Assembly: GCA_965209085.1 (NCBI GenBank)
Contig: OZ242376.1
Location: 1,120,001-1,184,000 of the forward strand
Origin: Nitrosopumilaceae archaeon
Lineage (GTDB): Archaea; Thermoproteota; Nitrososphaeria; Nitrososphaerales; Nitrosopumilaceae
Direction of reading: 5' to 3'
Length of the DNA: 64,000 nt
A model generated the notes under the pieces. It did no database searches, had not been told where the DNA came from, and saw nothing but the letters and a program-made list of their open reading frames with translations. Shown here in pieces: positions 23,801 to 38,800 of the stretch (the stretch's first letter is position 1; each line of letters opens with the position of its first letter). The position numbers and the translations under genes were made by a program.

Positions 23801-26800
23801 AGTAGTAAAGGTATCAGGATAGTTTGGGTCCCCATCAGTTATGATTACACCAGGGATGGACGGATCAATTGAATTCAAAGGTACCGTAAAAGATGAGGGA
23901 CCGATGAGGGATATTTCAGGTGCGATTGTATCGATGAATATGCGACTGTTCTGCGGTATGGCACTCTCTGTTACAAACAGGGTCGTACCCTCAGCGTTTG
24001 CAACCTGTATTGCAAAGGTTGCATATGATTCTGTTTGTACAGGAGGTACGGTTATTGTTGCACTAAAATCTGCGCCGCTTATGGATACGGCAGGGGTTAA
24101 TCCCAGTATTTGGCTTGTATGAGATGAAATTGTGTCATTTACGGTAAATTGTAATGTGAGTGTATCGCCTGTTTTTGCATATGCCGGATTTGAATTATCT
24201 CCAGTTAAGGTTATAGAGGTATAGTCCAGTTTTATGATTTGGAGACCGTCATTATTTGAGGCTATAAATGCATATATTTTGCCATTTATGGTTGCAGTAA
24301 TGACATCTCTTGGGTTATCCAGATTTACATAACCGCCAGTATTATCCGTGAGAGAATATGTAGGTTGGGGGTTGTATGGGTCTGTAATGTCTATGATTTG
24401 GACGCCATCATCATTAATGGATACTGTCAAAGCATAAACTGATGATCCTACAGTTACGGTGGTGATCCTATATGGACCATCTAGTTCATCATAGCCATCT
24501 ATTCCATCTGTTACACTTGATGCATTTGATGGGTTGTATGGGTCTGTAATGTTTATGATTTGGATGCTATCATCATTAAAGGATGCCACCAAGGCATAAA
24601 CTGATGATCCTACAGTTACGGTGGTGATGCCATATGCACCATCTAGTTTATCATAGCCATGCATTCCATCTGTTACACTTGATGCATTTGATGGGTTGTA
24701 TGGGTCTGTAATGTCTATGATTTGGACGCCATCATCATTATTGGATGCCACCAAGGCATAAACTGATGCACCGATTGTTACAGTGGTAATGTCAAATGCG
24801 CCTCCTAGTTCCAAATAACCATCCGTATCATCGGTAAGGTAGGATACATTTGAGGGGCTGAGGGGGTTTGTAACGTCTATGATTTGGACGCCGTTTGTAG
24901 GAGAGGCCGATGCAAACAGTGCAAAAGTTGAGGCACCTATTGTTACGGTTGTAACGCTTTGTGCATTGTATAGTCGCGGATACTCTGTGCCGTTTACAAG
25001 TGTTGCAATAACAGAGGGGGATGCAGGTGAGCTGATGTCGAGTATACTAGTATTACCGATACCACCTGCAGCTATGGCATATTGGGTATTATCTATTGTA
25101 AAGATGGATGTTTTGTATGCAGGTATGAAACCGGTATTATTAAATACTATACTAGGTAATGCAGGATTTGTAACGTCTGCAATAATCCATGCTGCGCTGG
25201 ATCCTTCCGTTAACAAGGCATATGTTTTACCACTTGTTTCAAACAGATTGATGGTAGTAGGAGGTATATTGGTTGAAAAATCAGTACCTTTTGTTAGTAT
25301 TCCACTCGGAGAGTGGATAAATTTAGTTACAAATGCCAACGGCGCTGCATCCAAAACAATCACAGTACGGGATATGGTGTTTCCTTGATTTCCTGCACCG
25401 TCTGCAGGAGCTGCATAGGTTAGCGTGTACGTACCTGCAACATTTGTATTTACAGTACCTGTGCCATTTACGATGGTATTCGAATATGAGGCATCAGTTG
25501 CAGTAGCACCCGGATCCGTAAAAATAGCCCCCTTTGCAATGTTTACATTATCTGTACCGCGTAGCGATATGGCAGGTTTTATTGTATCAATTGTAACGTA
25601 TGAATTGTCAGTTATTTCAGAGTTTGTCATGTATAAGATATTCCCTCCGGCATTTTCCAATAAAATGGTAAACATTGCATCACCGTTTGGACTTTGATCA
25701 GATATTGTAGCAGAAAGGGTCACAGTGTTGCCAGATATTGCAGATGTAGCATTTGTGCCAAACAGCGTACCGCTTACACTAATCGGATCAAAGCTATCCA
25801 AAACAAGTGTGAGTGATACTGTATGTCCGGCGCGTGCAAAATTATCACTGCCAGCACCTGATATGCCCAAAGATGTAACAAGTGTTTGCGAGCTATTTGA
25901 TACGGTAACTGTTCGTGTTATACTAGGACCGGCATTTCCTGCCCCATCAGTAGCTGCAGTATACGTGTACGTTACTGTAGAGTTTATCACGCTAGTGTCC
26001 AAAGTGCCGATGATTGCAGTAGTAAATGTATAAGGATAGTTTGGGTCCCCATCAGTTATGATTACACCAGGAATGGACGGATCAATTGAATTCAAAGGTA
26101 CCGTAAAAGATGAGGGACCGATGAGGGATATTTCAGGTGCGATTGTATCGATGAATATGCGACTGTTCTGCGGTATGGCACTCTCTGTTACAAACAGGGT
26201 TGTACCCTCAGCGTTTGCAACCTGTATTGCAAAGGTTGCATATGATTCTGTTTGTACAGGAGGTACAGTTATTGTTGCACTAAAATCTGCGCCGCTTATG
26301 GATACGGCAGGGTTTAATCCCAACAGTTGGCTTGTATGAGATGAGATTGTATCATTTACGGTAAATTGTAATGTGAGTGTATCGGCTGTCTTTGCATATG
26401 CTGGATTTGAATTATCTCCAGTTAAGGTTATAGATGTATAGTCCAGTTTTATGATTTGGAGGCCATCATTATTTGAGGCTATAAATGCATATATTTTGCC
26501 ATTTATGGTTGCAGTAATAATATCTCTTGAGTTATCCAGATTTACATAACCGCCAGTATTATCCGTGAGAGAATATGCAGGTTGGGGGTTGTATGGGTCT
26601 GTAATGTCTATGATTTGGATGCCATCATCATTAAAGGATGCCACCAAGGCATAAACTGATGATCCTACAGTTACGGTGGTGATGTCATATGGATCATCTA
26701 GTGTATTATAGCCGCCTACTTCGTCTGTTACACTTGATGCAGGTAATGGGTTGTATGGGTTTGTAATGTTTATGATTTGGACGCCATCATCCACAGCGCC

Positions 26801-29800
26801 TGTCACCAAGGCATAAACTGATGATCCTACAGTTACGGTGGTGATGTCATATGGACCATCTAGTTCATCATAGCCGTCTATTCCATCTGTAATGTTTGAT
26901 GCAGGTAATGGGTTGTATGGGTCTGTAATGTTTATGATTTGGACGCCATCATCCAAAAAGCCTATCGCCAAGGCATAAACTGATGCACCGATTGTTACGG
27001 TGGTGATGCCAAATGCGTGCCCTAGTTCAAAATAACCATCCGTATCATCGGTAAGGTATGATACAGGTGATGGGTTGTGTGGGTTTGTAACGTCTATGAT
27101 TTGGACGCCGTTTGAAGGAGAGGCTGATGCAAACAGTGCAAAAGTTGAGGCACCTATTGTTACGGTTGTAACGCCTAGTGCATTGTATAGTCGCGGATAG
27201 TCTGTGCCGTTTACAAGTGTTGCAATAACAGAGGGGGATGCAGGTGAGCTAATGTCGATTATACGAGTAGCACCGTTACCACCTGCCGCTATGGCATATT
27301 GGTTATTATCTATTGTAAAGATGGATGTTTTGTATGTAGATGCGAAAGAGGTATTACTAAATACTACACTAGGTAATGCAGGATTTGTAACGTCTGCAAT
27401 AATCCATGCTCCGATAGATCCATGCGCTAACAAGACATATGTTTTACCACTTGTTTCAAACAGATTGATGCTATCAGCAGATATCACGGTTGGAAAATCA
27501 GTACCTCTTGTTAGTATTCCACTCGGAGAGTGGATAAATTTAGTTTCAAGTGCCAACTGCGCTACATTCAAAACATTCACAGTACGGGATACGGTGTTTC
27601 CTTGATTTCCTGCAACATCTGCCGGAGCTGCATAGTTTAGCGTGTACGTACCTGCAACATTTGTGTTTACAGTACCTGTGCCATTTACGATGGTATTTGC
27701 ATATGAGGCATCAGTTGCAATAGCACCCGGATCCGTAAAAATAGCCCCCTTTGCAACGTTTACATTGTCTGTACCGCGCAACGATATGGCAGGTTTTATT
27801 GTATCAATTGTAACGTATGAATTGTCAGTTATTTCAGAGTTTGTCATGTATAAGATATTCCCTCTAGCATTTTCCAATAAAATGGTAAACATTGCATCAC
27901 CGTTTGGACTTTGATCAGATATTGTAGCAGAAAGGGTCACAGTATTGCCAGATATAACAGGTGTAGCATTTGTGCCAAACAGCGTACCGCTTACACTAAT
28001 CGGATCAAAGCTATCCAAAACAAGTGTGAGTGATACTGTCTGCCCAGCACGTACAAAATTATCACTGCCGGTGCCTGATATGCCCAAAGATGTAACAAAT
28101 GTTTGCGAGCTATTTGATACGGTAACTGTTCGTGTTACACTAGGACCGGCATTTCCTGCCCCATCAGTAGCTGCAGTATACGTGTACGTTACTGTAGAGT
28201 TTATCATGCCAGTATCCAAAGTGCCAATGATTGCAGTAGTAAAGGTATCAGGATAGTTTGAGTCCCCATCAGTTATGATTACACCAGGGATGGGCGGATC
28301 AATTGAATTCAAAGGTACCGTAAAAGATGAGTTGCCGATGAGGGATATTTCAGGTGCGATTGTATCGATGAATATGCGACTGTTCTGCGGTATGGCACTC
28401 TCTGTTACAAACAGGGTTGTACCCTCAGCGTTTGCAACCTGTACTGCAAAGGTTGCATATGATTCTGTTTGTACGGAGGGTACGGTTATTGTTGCACTAA
28501 AATCTGCACCGCTTATGGATACTGCAGGGTTTAATCCCAGTATTTGGCTTGTATGAGATGAGATTGTGTCATTTATGGTAAATTGTACGGTGAGTGTATC
28601 GCCTGTTTTGGCATATGCTGGATTTGTATTGTTGCTAATTATGTTAACCGGTGGTGATTCCAGTTTTATTATTTGGAGACCATCATTTGAGGCTATAAAT
28701 GCATATATTTTGCCATTTATGGTTGCAGTAATAACAGCTCTTGAGTCATCTAGATTTTCATAACCATCAGTATTATCCATGAAAGAATATGCAGGTTTGG
28801 GGTTGTATGGGTTTGTAATGTCTATTGTTTGGATGCCTTCATCAAAAATGGATACCACCAAGGCATAAACGGATGATCCTACAGTTGCGGTGGTGATGCT
28901 ATATGGACCATCTAGTTCATCATAGCCGCCTATTCCTTCTGTTGTACTTGATGCATTTGATGGGTTGTATGGGTCTGTAATGTTTATGATTTGGACGCCA
29001 TCATCATTAATGGATGCCGCCAAGGCATAAACGGATGATCCTACAGTTACGGTGGTGATGCTATATGGACCATCTAGTTCATCATAGCCGTCCATCCCGT
29101 CTGTAATGCTTGATGCAGGTAATGGGTTGTATGGGTCTGTAATGTCTATGATTTGGATGCCATTATCATAGGATGCCACCAAGGCATAAACGGATGCGCC
29201 GATTGTTACAGTGGTGATGTCATTTGCGTCTCCTAGTTCCAAATAACCATCCGTATCATCGGTAAGGTATGATACAGGTGAGGGGCTGTGGGGATTTGTA
29301 ACGTCTATGATTTGGACGCCGTTTGAAGGATTACCTGATGCAAACAGTGCAAAAGTTGAGGCACCTATTGTTACGGTTGTAACGCTTTGTGCATTGTATA
29401 GTCGCGGATACTCTGTGCCGTTTACAAGTGTTGCAATAACAGAGGGGGATGCAGGTAAGCTAATGTCAATTATACGATTAGTACCGGTACTACCTGCAGT
29501 TATGGCATATTGGTTATTATCTATTGTAAAGATTGATGTTTTGTATGCAGATGCGTAAGAGGCATTAACATATACTAAACTAGGTGATGCAGGATTTGTA
29601 ACGTCTGCAATAATCCATGCCCCGCTAGATCCATGCGCTAACAAGGCATATGTTTTACCACTTGTTTCAAACAGATTGATGTTATTAGTAAATATCGGGT
29701 CTGGAAAATCAATACCTCTTATTAGACTTCCACTCGGAGAGTGGATAAATTTATTTTCAAATGCCAACTGCGCCACATTCAAAACATTCACAGTACGGGA

Positions 29801-32800
29801 TATAGTATCGCCGGCATTTCCTGCAGCATCTGCGGGGGCAGTGTATACAAGCGTGTACGTGGCTATTACATTTGTATTTACAGTACCTGTGCCATTTACA
29901 ACAATATCATCATATGAGGCATCAGTTGCAACAGCGCCCAGATCTATAAATACAGTACCCAATACGATAACTGAATTATTAATTCCGCGCAGTGTTATGC
30001 TAGGTGGTGTATTATCTACTGCAAGTGGCATACTTGAGTCATTTTGCGTAAGGCGTACAGTGAGGCTGTTGTCATTATTTGAAATGTAAATCTCAAATGC
30101 AAGGTTTTCAGTATCTGCAATGGATTCGGAAACTTGGAGTGTAAATTGGGCCTGCGTTTGCGTCTTTAACAGGGAGGTGGAAATTCCAGCAATTGTTGCA
30201 CTTGCATTTCCAATTATTCCATCCGTTATGACAGTTAAAGTGAGCGTATCGCCAATTCTCGCAAACGAGGTATTTTTTGCATTATTACTAGATAAACTCA
30301 GCGAGGTGGCAGCAATCGCAATGTCTGTTACGTAAAGACTTCGTTGTACCGAATCCGGGAAATTGCCTGCTGCATCAGGTGTGCCAGTATATGTTATGGT
30401 AAAAATTCCAGTCTGCAATGTCGATATACTTGAAACTGAGACTGAACCATTATACGAGGGATTTCCAAGATCAGATATGGCATATCCGGGATCAATGTAT
30501 GCGGTGTTTTGTATTACGCTCTGAGCGCCTTTCATTAATGATATGACAGGTTTCACAGTATCAATAGTAACATGCGAGTCATCGGTGAGTTGCCCATTTG
30601 ATAGTGATGTTTGGGAGCCGTCAGATTCAGTAACAGTTATTGAAAATAAAACATTTCCATTTGCCGTATCAGATGACACTATGGCAGTAAATACCGCCTG
30701 ACTGCCAGAAAATACAGATGTAAATGATTCTCCAAATATTGTACCTGTTGCACCGTTGGGACTTGATGTACCTGTATCAAGTGTAACTTTTACATTCTGA
30801 CCTGCGCGTGCAAAGTTGTTGCCAGATGTGCTTGTAATGGACAGCGAGGATACTGGGATTGAATCCACGTTTATTACCAGAACGGTTCTATCTATTGACG
30901 GACCCGGATTTCCTGCAGAATCATCATTTACAGTATATGTTCGGGTAAGAGAAGAGCCTACTGTGCCAGTATTTACATTTCCAACGTCAGTATAGGTGTA
31001 ACTTTGCACATAGTTTGGGTCCCCATCAGAGGCAATGACGCCGGGGATGAACAATGGGGCATTTCTTGGGATGGTATAGTCAGCATTACCAGTTAGTGTT
31101 ACTCTGGGGGGGATTGTATCTACAAATACGTTGGATGTGAAATCATCATGTATTATTCGTATGCTGTCCCCATGTATGTTTGCAACATTTGCCTCAAATG
31201 TAGCATACTCTTCGCTTTGAATGGATGGAACAGTTGTGGTGGCAATAAAATTTTTGCCGCTTACAGTTACAGTCGGGTTTAATCCCAACAGTTGGCTTGT
31301 ATGAGATGAGATTGTATCATTTATGGTAAATTGTACGGTGAGTGTATCGCCTGTTTTGGCATATGCTGGATTTGCATTGTTGCTAGTTATGTTAACCGGT
31401 TGTGTTGATTCCAGTTTTATGATTTGGATGCCGTCCTCAAATGATGTTGCCAAAATATATGTCAAGTCATCTATGGTTATAACAGAGATTTCTCTTGGAC
31501 TGTTCAAATTTGTATAACCATTCTCATTGTCTACAATGGCAGATGTCGGCAGAGGGTTGTATGGGTCTGTAATGTCTATGATTTGGACGCTGTCATCACT
31601 AATGGCTACCACTAGGGCAAAAACTGATGTGGCGATTGTTGTAGTGATTGTTGTAGTGGTGATGTAATATGCGTCGCTTAGTTTGTCATAACCGCCTATG
31701 CCATCGGTAATGGTTGGTGCCGGTTGTGGGTTGTATGGGTCTGTAATGTCTATGATTTGGACGCTATCATCATTAATGACTGCCGCTAGGGCAAAAGTTG
31801 ATGATCCGATTGTTACGGCAGTAATACTATATACGCCGTCTAGTTTATCATAACCGTCTTTGCCATTGGTAATGCTTGATGCCGGTTGTGGGTTGTATGG
31901 GTCTGTAATGTCTATGATTTGGATACCATCATCAACAAAAGCTGCCACTAGGGCATAGGTGGATGATCCGATTTTTATGGCAGTAATGCCTAGTGCGCCA
32001 TTTAGTTGATCATAGCCGCCCATACCGTCTGTAATGAGCGATACGGGTTGGGGTGAGGATGGGTTTGTAACGTCTACGATTTGGACGCTGTGGTCATTGC
32101 GGGCTGTTATCAGGGCATAGATAGATGCGTCGATTGTTACTGTTGTAACGCCATGCAGACGGTCTAGTTTTGGATAGTCTGTGCCGTTTTTAATGGTTAA
32201 AATAACAAAAGGTGATTCAGGGTTGCTAATGTTGAGGATCCAAAAACGATCAAGTTCGTTGACGGCTATGGCATATGTGGTATCGTTTACTGTAAAGATG
32301 GATGCATCATTTGCACTAAATGGAGCGGTACCATTGGTAAAAGAGGTATTTTCGTATACTAGGCTAGGTGATGCAGGATTTGTAATGTTTACAATAATTA
32401 TACTGCCAGATTCACGATTAAGCATTAAAGCATATGGTACATTGTTTATTTTAAACGAGTTTACAGAGGTGTGACGTGCATTATTAGTGGTGTTTAAATC
32501 AGTACCTCTGGTTAGTGTTCCACTCGGAGAGTGGATAAGTTTAGTTTCAAGCACCAATTGCGCCGCATTCAAAACATTCACAGTACGGGATATGGTATTT
32601 CCAGTATTTCCCGCACTATCTGTAGGAGCTGCATAGGTTAGAGTATACGTGCCCAAAGTATCAACATTTACAGTATTACTTGAATATACAACAGTATCCT
32701 CATATGAGATATCAGTTGCAACAGCACCTGAATCTGTAAAAGCGTCTCCCCGTACAATGTTTACAGTGTCAAGACCTAGCAGCGATATGGCAGGTTTTAT

Positions 32801-35800
32801 TGTATCAATTGTAACGTACGAGCCATCTGTAATGTCATAATTTGATACATGCAGGAAATTCCCGCCGGTACTTTGTAATGTAATGAAAAATGTTGCATTA
32901 CCGTTGAGACTTTGATCAGATACTTGGGTGTTAAAAGTGACCCTGTTGCCTGATATGACGGGTGAAACATTTACACCAAGCAGCATACCGCTTGCACTAG
33001 ATGGAGTAAATCCGGTTAAATCAAGTGTGACAAGTGTTGTCTGGCCAGTTTTTGCAAAATTATCGCTGCCGGAGCCAAGTATTGTTATACTCAAAGATGT
33101 GATTTCCGGTTGTGCCGCATCAGATACTGTAACTGTCCGTGTTACGCTGTTACCTAAATTTCCTGCCCCGTCAGTATCAGCAGTATACGTGTACAGGACA
33201 ACAGAGCCAGGTACACTAGTATTCAAAGTTGCATTTGCACTAGTAGTAAAAGTATTTTTGTAGTTTGGATCCCCATCACTTGTTAGTGCGCCTGGAATTA
33301 GCGGATTAGCAGTACCCATCGGTACGGTAAATGATGGCGAGCCTATGATGGATATTCCAGGTCCAATCGTATCGATGAATACATTGTTGCTCTGCGATAT
33401 GTCACTCTCTGTTACAAACAGGGTTATATCCTCAGCGTTTGTAACCTGTATTACAAAGGTTGCATTTGATTCTGTTTGTACAGGAGGTACAGTTATTGTT
33501 GCACTAAAATCTGCACCGCTTAATGATACGGCTGGGTTTAATCCCAGTATTTGGCTTGTATGAGAGGAGATTGTATCATTTATGGTAAATTGTACGGTAA
33601 GTGTATCACCTGTTTTGGCATATATGGGTTTTGCATTGTTGCTAGATATAACCAGTTGTGTTGATTCCAGTTTTATGATTTGTAGACCTTCATCATTTGC
33701 GGCTATAAATGCATATGTTGTGCCATTTATGGTTGCAGTAATGACACCACGTGATCTTTCCAGATTTACATAACCATCAGTATTATCCATGATGGAAGAT
33801 GCAGGTTTGGGGTTGTATGGGTCTGTAATGTCTATGATTTGGATGCCATCATCAAAATTGGATGCCACCAAGGCATAAACTGATGATCTTATAGTTACGG
33901 TGGTAATGCCATATGGACCATATAGTGTATCATAACCGTCCATTCCATCTGTTACGCTTGATGCATTTGATGGGTTGTATGGGTCTGTAATGTTTATGAT
34001 TTGGACGCCATTATCATGAAATGATGCCACCAAGGCATAAACTGATGATCCTACAGTTACGGTGGTGATGCTAATTGGATTACGTAGTGTATCATAGCCG
34101 CCTATTCCGTCTGTTACACTTGATGCAGGTAATGGGCTGTATGGGTCTGTAATGTCTATGATTTGGACGCCATCATCATTATTGGATGCCACCAAAGCAT
34201 AAACTGATGCACCGATTGTTACAGTGGTAATGTCAAATGCGCCTGCTAGTTCCAAATAACCATCCGTATCATCGGTAAGGTAGTATACATGTGAGGGGCT
34301 GTGGGGGTTTGTAACGTCTATGATTTGGACGCCGTTTGTAGGATGGGCCGATGCAAACAGTGCAAAAGTTGAGGCACCTATTGTTACGGTTGTAACGCTT
34401 TGTGCATTGTATAGTCGCGGATAGTCTGTGCCGTTTACAAGTGTTGCAATAATAGAGGGGGATGCAGGTGAGCTGATGTCGATTATACTAGTAGTACCGA
34501 TACCACCTGCAGCTATGACATATTGGGTATTATCTATTGTAAAGATGGATGTTTTTAATGCAGGTGTGAAAAAGGTATTATTATATACTATACTAGGTAA
34601 TGCAGGATTTGTAACGTCTGCAATAATCCATGCTCCAGCGGATACTTCCGCTATCAAGGCATATGTTTTACCACTTGTTTCAAACAGATTGATGGTATCA
34701 GAAAGTATCTCGGTTGAAAAATCAGTACCTCTTGTTAGTGTTCCACTAGGAGAGTGGATAAATTTAGCATCAAGTACCAACTGCGCCACATCCAAAACAT
34801 TCACAGTACGGGATACAGTATTACCTAAATTTCCTGCACCATCTGCCGGAGCTGCATAGTTTAGCGTGTACGTACCTGCAACATTTGTATTTACAGTACC
34901 TGTGCCATTTACTATAGTATCCTCATATGAGACATCAGTTGCAACAGCGCCCAGATCCGTAAATGTCGATCCCTTTGCAATGCTTACATTATCTGTACCG
35001 AACAGCGATATGGCAGGCCTTATTGTGTCAATTGTAACGTACGAGCCATCAGTAATGTCATAATTTGATACGTACAAAACATCACCGGCTGCATTCTCCA
35101 ATGTATAGTAAAATGTAGCATTACCGTTTGGACTTTGATCAGATACTCGGGTGTTGAGAGTAAACTTGCTGCCAGACGGTGTAATATTTTCACCAATCAG
35201 GCTGCCGCTTGCACTAACGGGGGTAAATCCGGTTAATTCAAGTGAGGTGTATACTCTATCGCCAGATTTTGCAAAAATACCACTGCTTTCTATGCCCAAT
35301 GATGCAATCTCTTGTTGCATAGTATTTGATACAATAACCGTACGTGTTACACTATTACCGGTATTTCCTGCCACATCAGAGCCGGCAGTATACGTGTACA
35401 GTACAGAGCCTAACACGCTAGTATCAAAAGTTGTATTTGTACTTATAATTATAGTACTTGCATAATTTGAATCTCCATCAGTTGCTATCGCACCGGGAAT
35501 AAACTGATCAGATGCACCAGGTGGTACAAGAAGTAATGATGGACCGGTGAGGGATATTGCAGGTGCGATTGTATCAACAAAGACGTTACTGTTTACTGGT
35601 ATGTCGTTTTCTGTTACAGTGCGGCTCAAACCGCCGTTGGTTGTAATATCTACTGCAAAGGTTGCATACGATTCAGTTTGTGTAGATGGTATGGTTATTG
35701 TTGCATTAAAATTAGTATCATGTATGGTTACAATAGGGGTTAATCCCAATATTTGGCTTGTATGGGAGGAGATTGTATCATTTATGGTAAATTGTACGGT

Positions 35801-38800
35801 GAGTGTATCGCCTGTCTTTGCATATTTGGGGTTTGAATTGTTGCTAGTTATGCCTATGGGTGATGATCCTAGTTTTATGATTTGGATGCCCTCATCGTAT
35901 GATGCTACCAAAATATATGTCAAGTCATCTATGGTTATAACAGATATTTCTCTTGGACTTTGCAAATTTGTATAACCGTTCTCATTGTCTACAATGGCAG
36001 ATGTCGGCAGAGGGTTGTATGGGTCTGTAATGTTTATGATTTGGACGCTGTTATCTTGAAAGGCTGCCACTAGGGCAAAAACTGATGTGCCGATTGTTGC
36101 AGTGGTGATGTGATATGCGCCGTTTAGTTTGTCATAACCGCCTTTGCCATCGGTAATGGTTGATGCCGGTTGTGGGTTGTATGGGTCTGTAATGTCTATG
36201 ATTTGGACGCTATCATCATTAATGGTTGCCGCTAGGGCAAAAGTTGATGATCCGATTGTGATGGCGGTAATTCTAAATGTGCCGTCTAGTTTATCATAAC
36301 CGCCTATGCCATTGGTAATGTTTGATGCCGGTTGTGGGTTGTATGGGTCTGTAATGTCTATGATTTGGACGCCGTCATCATTAACGGCTGCCACTAGGGC
36401 ATAGATGGATGATCCGATTTTTATGGCGGTAATGCCTAGTGCGCCATTTAGTTGATCATAGCCATCCTTACCGTCGGTAATGAGCGATACGGGTTGGGGT
36501 GAGGATGGGTTTGTAACGTCTACGATTTGGACGCTGTGGTCATTGCGGGCTGTTATCAGGGCATAAACGGATGCGTTGATTGTTACTGTTGTAACGCCCT
36601 GCAGATTGTCTAGTTTTGGATAGTCTGTGCCGTTTTTAATGGTTAAAATAACAAAAGGTGATTCAGGGTTGCTAATGTTGAGGATCCAAAAACGATCAAG
36701 ACTGTTGACGGCTATGGCATATGTGGCATCATTTACTGTAAAGATGGATGCATCATGTGCAAGGAATGCAGCGATACCATTGGTAAAAGAGGTATTTTCG
36801 TATACTGTGCTAGGTGATGCAGGATTTGTAATGTTTACAATAAGTATATTGCCAAATTCACGATCAAGCATTAAAGCATATGATACATTGTTTATTTTAA
36901 ACGAGTTTACAGAGGTGTAATATGCATTATTAATGGTGTTAAAATCAGTGCCTCTGTCCAGTGTTGCTACCGGAGAGTCATTAAATATAGATACAAATTT
37001 AATCGGTGATGCAACCTGTACGCGTACAGTACGGGATATAGGGTTTTCTTGATTCCCTGCATAATCATCAGGTGCAGTATAGGTGAGCGTATAGGTTCCC
37101 ACACTAGTTGTGGTCACAGATCCTGTTGGCAGGATGGTTTTATAGCCGTATGAGAGATCATATGCTGTTGCATTTTTATCCGCATACGTACGATTCAGTA
37201 GGGATACGGTATTGTTTGCACCGTTGAGTGTTATGTTTGGCGCCGTTGTATCAATGATGATATTCTCACTAGTCAGGTCATCTTGTGTAACTCTGATTGC
37301 GTAATCGCTGGAATTTGTCACATATATGTCAAATGTGAGGTTGCCGTTTGTATCACTTTGTGTTACAGTCTTTGTTAAGGATATGCTGCCGCCGGATGCA
37401 GATGCTGTAAAGCTGTCTCCAAGTATGTCACCTGTTGCGTTTCCAATATCAGATCCGTCAGTTACAAGCGTGATTGTTATCACATCGCCAGACTTTACAT
37501 AACTAGAGTTTGAATTGTCACTGTTCACGATCAGTGATGTGAAGATAATTGGATCAAAATCGACCACCGTTACTGTGCGGTTGATGCTAGCTCCCAAGTT
37601 TCCTGCCGCATCAGCATTAGCTGTGTACGTATATGTGACAATATCTCCAATATTACTTGTATTAAGCGGGTCTGATGCTACAGTATAATTTGATACAGAA
37701 TAACCTGGACTCTCATCTAGTGCCTTGGCACCAGGAATGGTTGGGTTTTGTATGCCTACAAATACTGTATACTGTGCGGGTCCAATCAACTCTATTCTTG
37801 GAGGTATTGTATCAACAAACACGTTTTGGCCTATAATATCATCTTGTGTCAGATTGAGCTCTACTCCAAAAGAGTTTTCAAGTGAAACAGTATAGTTTGC
37901 ATATCCTTGTATGCTTACAGTTGGAATTGTAACTAGTGTGTTTATCGTGTTTATACCAGAGGTTGTAGTGGCAGATACTGACGGGTTTACAAATTGCACC
38001 GCATATGAGGATATGGTATCGTTTACGGCAAGTTGCATGGAAATTGTATCTCCTGCTTTGGCGTACGCATCATTTGAGTTGTTGCTAGCAATTGAAAATG
38101 CCGACGGTATTGATTCTATCGCATGTTCAAGTTTTATGATTTGCACGCCATCACTTGTACGTGAGGTTACAACAGCGTATGCATCGCCGTTTATCGTTAC
38201 AGTTTCAATAGCATATGGATCGTTAAGATATGATGTATCCGTATTTGATCCTATGGCAGATACTGGTTGCGGCAATTGGGGATTTGTAATATCGATGATT
38301 TGTACTGCATTGGCAGGTTTGGATGGTGCAAGGGCATATGTTGAATTTCCCACACGTATTGTTGCAATATCCTGCGCTAAGACAAGTGCCGGATATCCGT
38401 TTTCGTTTTGTACAGCTGAGACTGGGAATGGCAACTCCATATGCGTAATGTCTATGATTTGCACTCCGCTATCACCGCCTGTTGCCAGGGCGTATATGCG
38501 GCCATTTTGGTGGAGAATCTCAATTCTAATAACATGATATAGCTCCAAATCTACACCATTACTATCACTTATGACATGCACCTGGACCGGGGATGCCGGA
38601 TTGCTAATGTTGATTATTGCAATATTATTTCCATTACGTGACGCAGCTAGGACATACGTTGAGCCATCAATGTTTACTGTTGTAACGTATTGTACGCCAT
38701 TTAATGCATAGTCTGTGCCGTTTTTCATGACTCCCACGTGTATGGGGGATGCAGGATTTGTAATATCTAAAATTGCAACCCAGTTGTTTGGATACGAGGG

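Noticed and set aside
31634-31657. 12-bp tandem duplication giving TTTTITTTI in the second type-B propeller
   Set aside because: It is a real in-frame slippage event but only two units, so it is not a phase-variation tract.
22005-36400. 162-bp periodic repeats resembling a CRISPR array or a diversity-generating retroelement target
   Set aside because: They are in-frame 54-aa blades with no repeat-spacer structure and no cas genes. No reverse transcriptase or non-coding template repeat is in the window, and some variants (GGC, GTG, TTG, ACA) are not adenine-only changes. A trans-acting DGR is not excluded but is unsupported.
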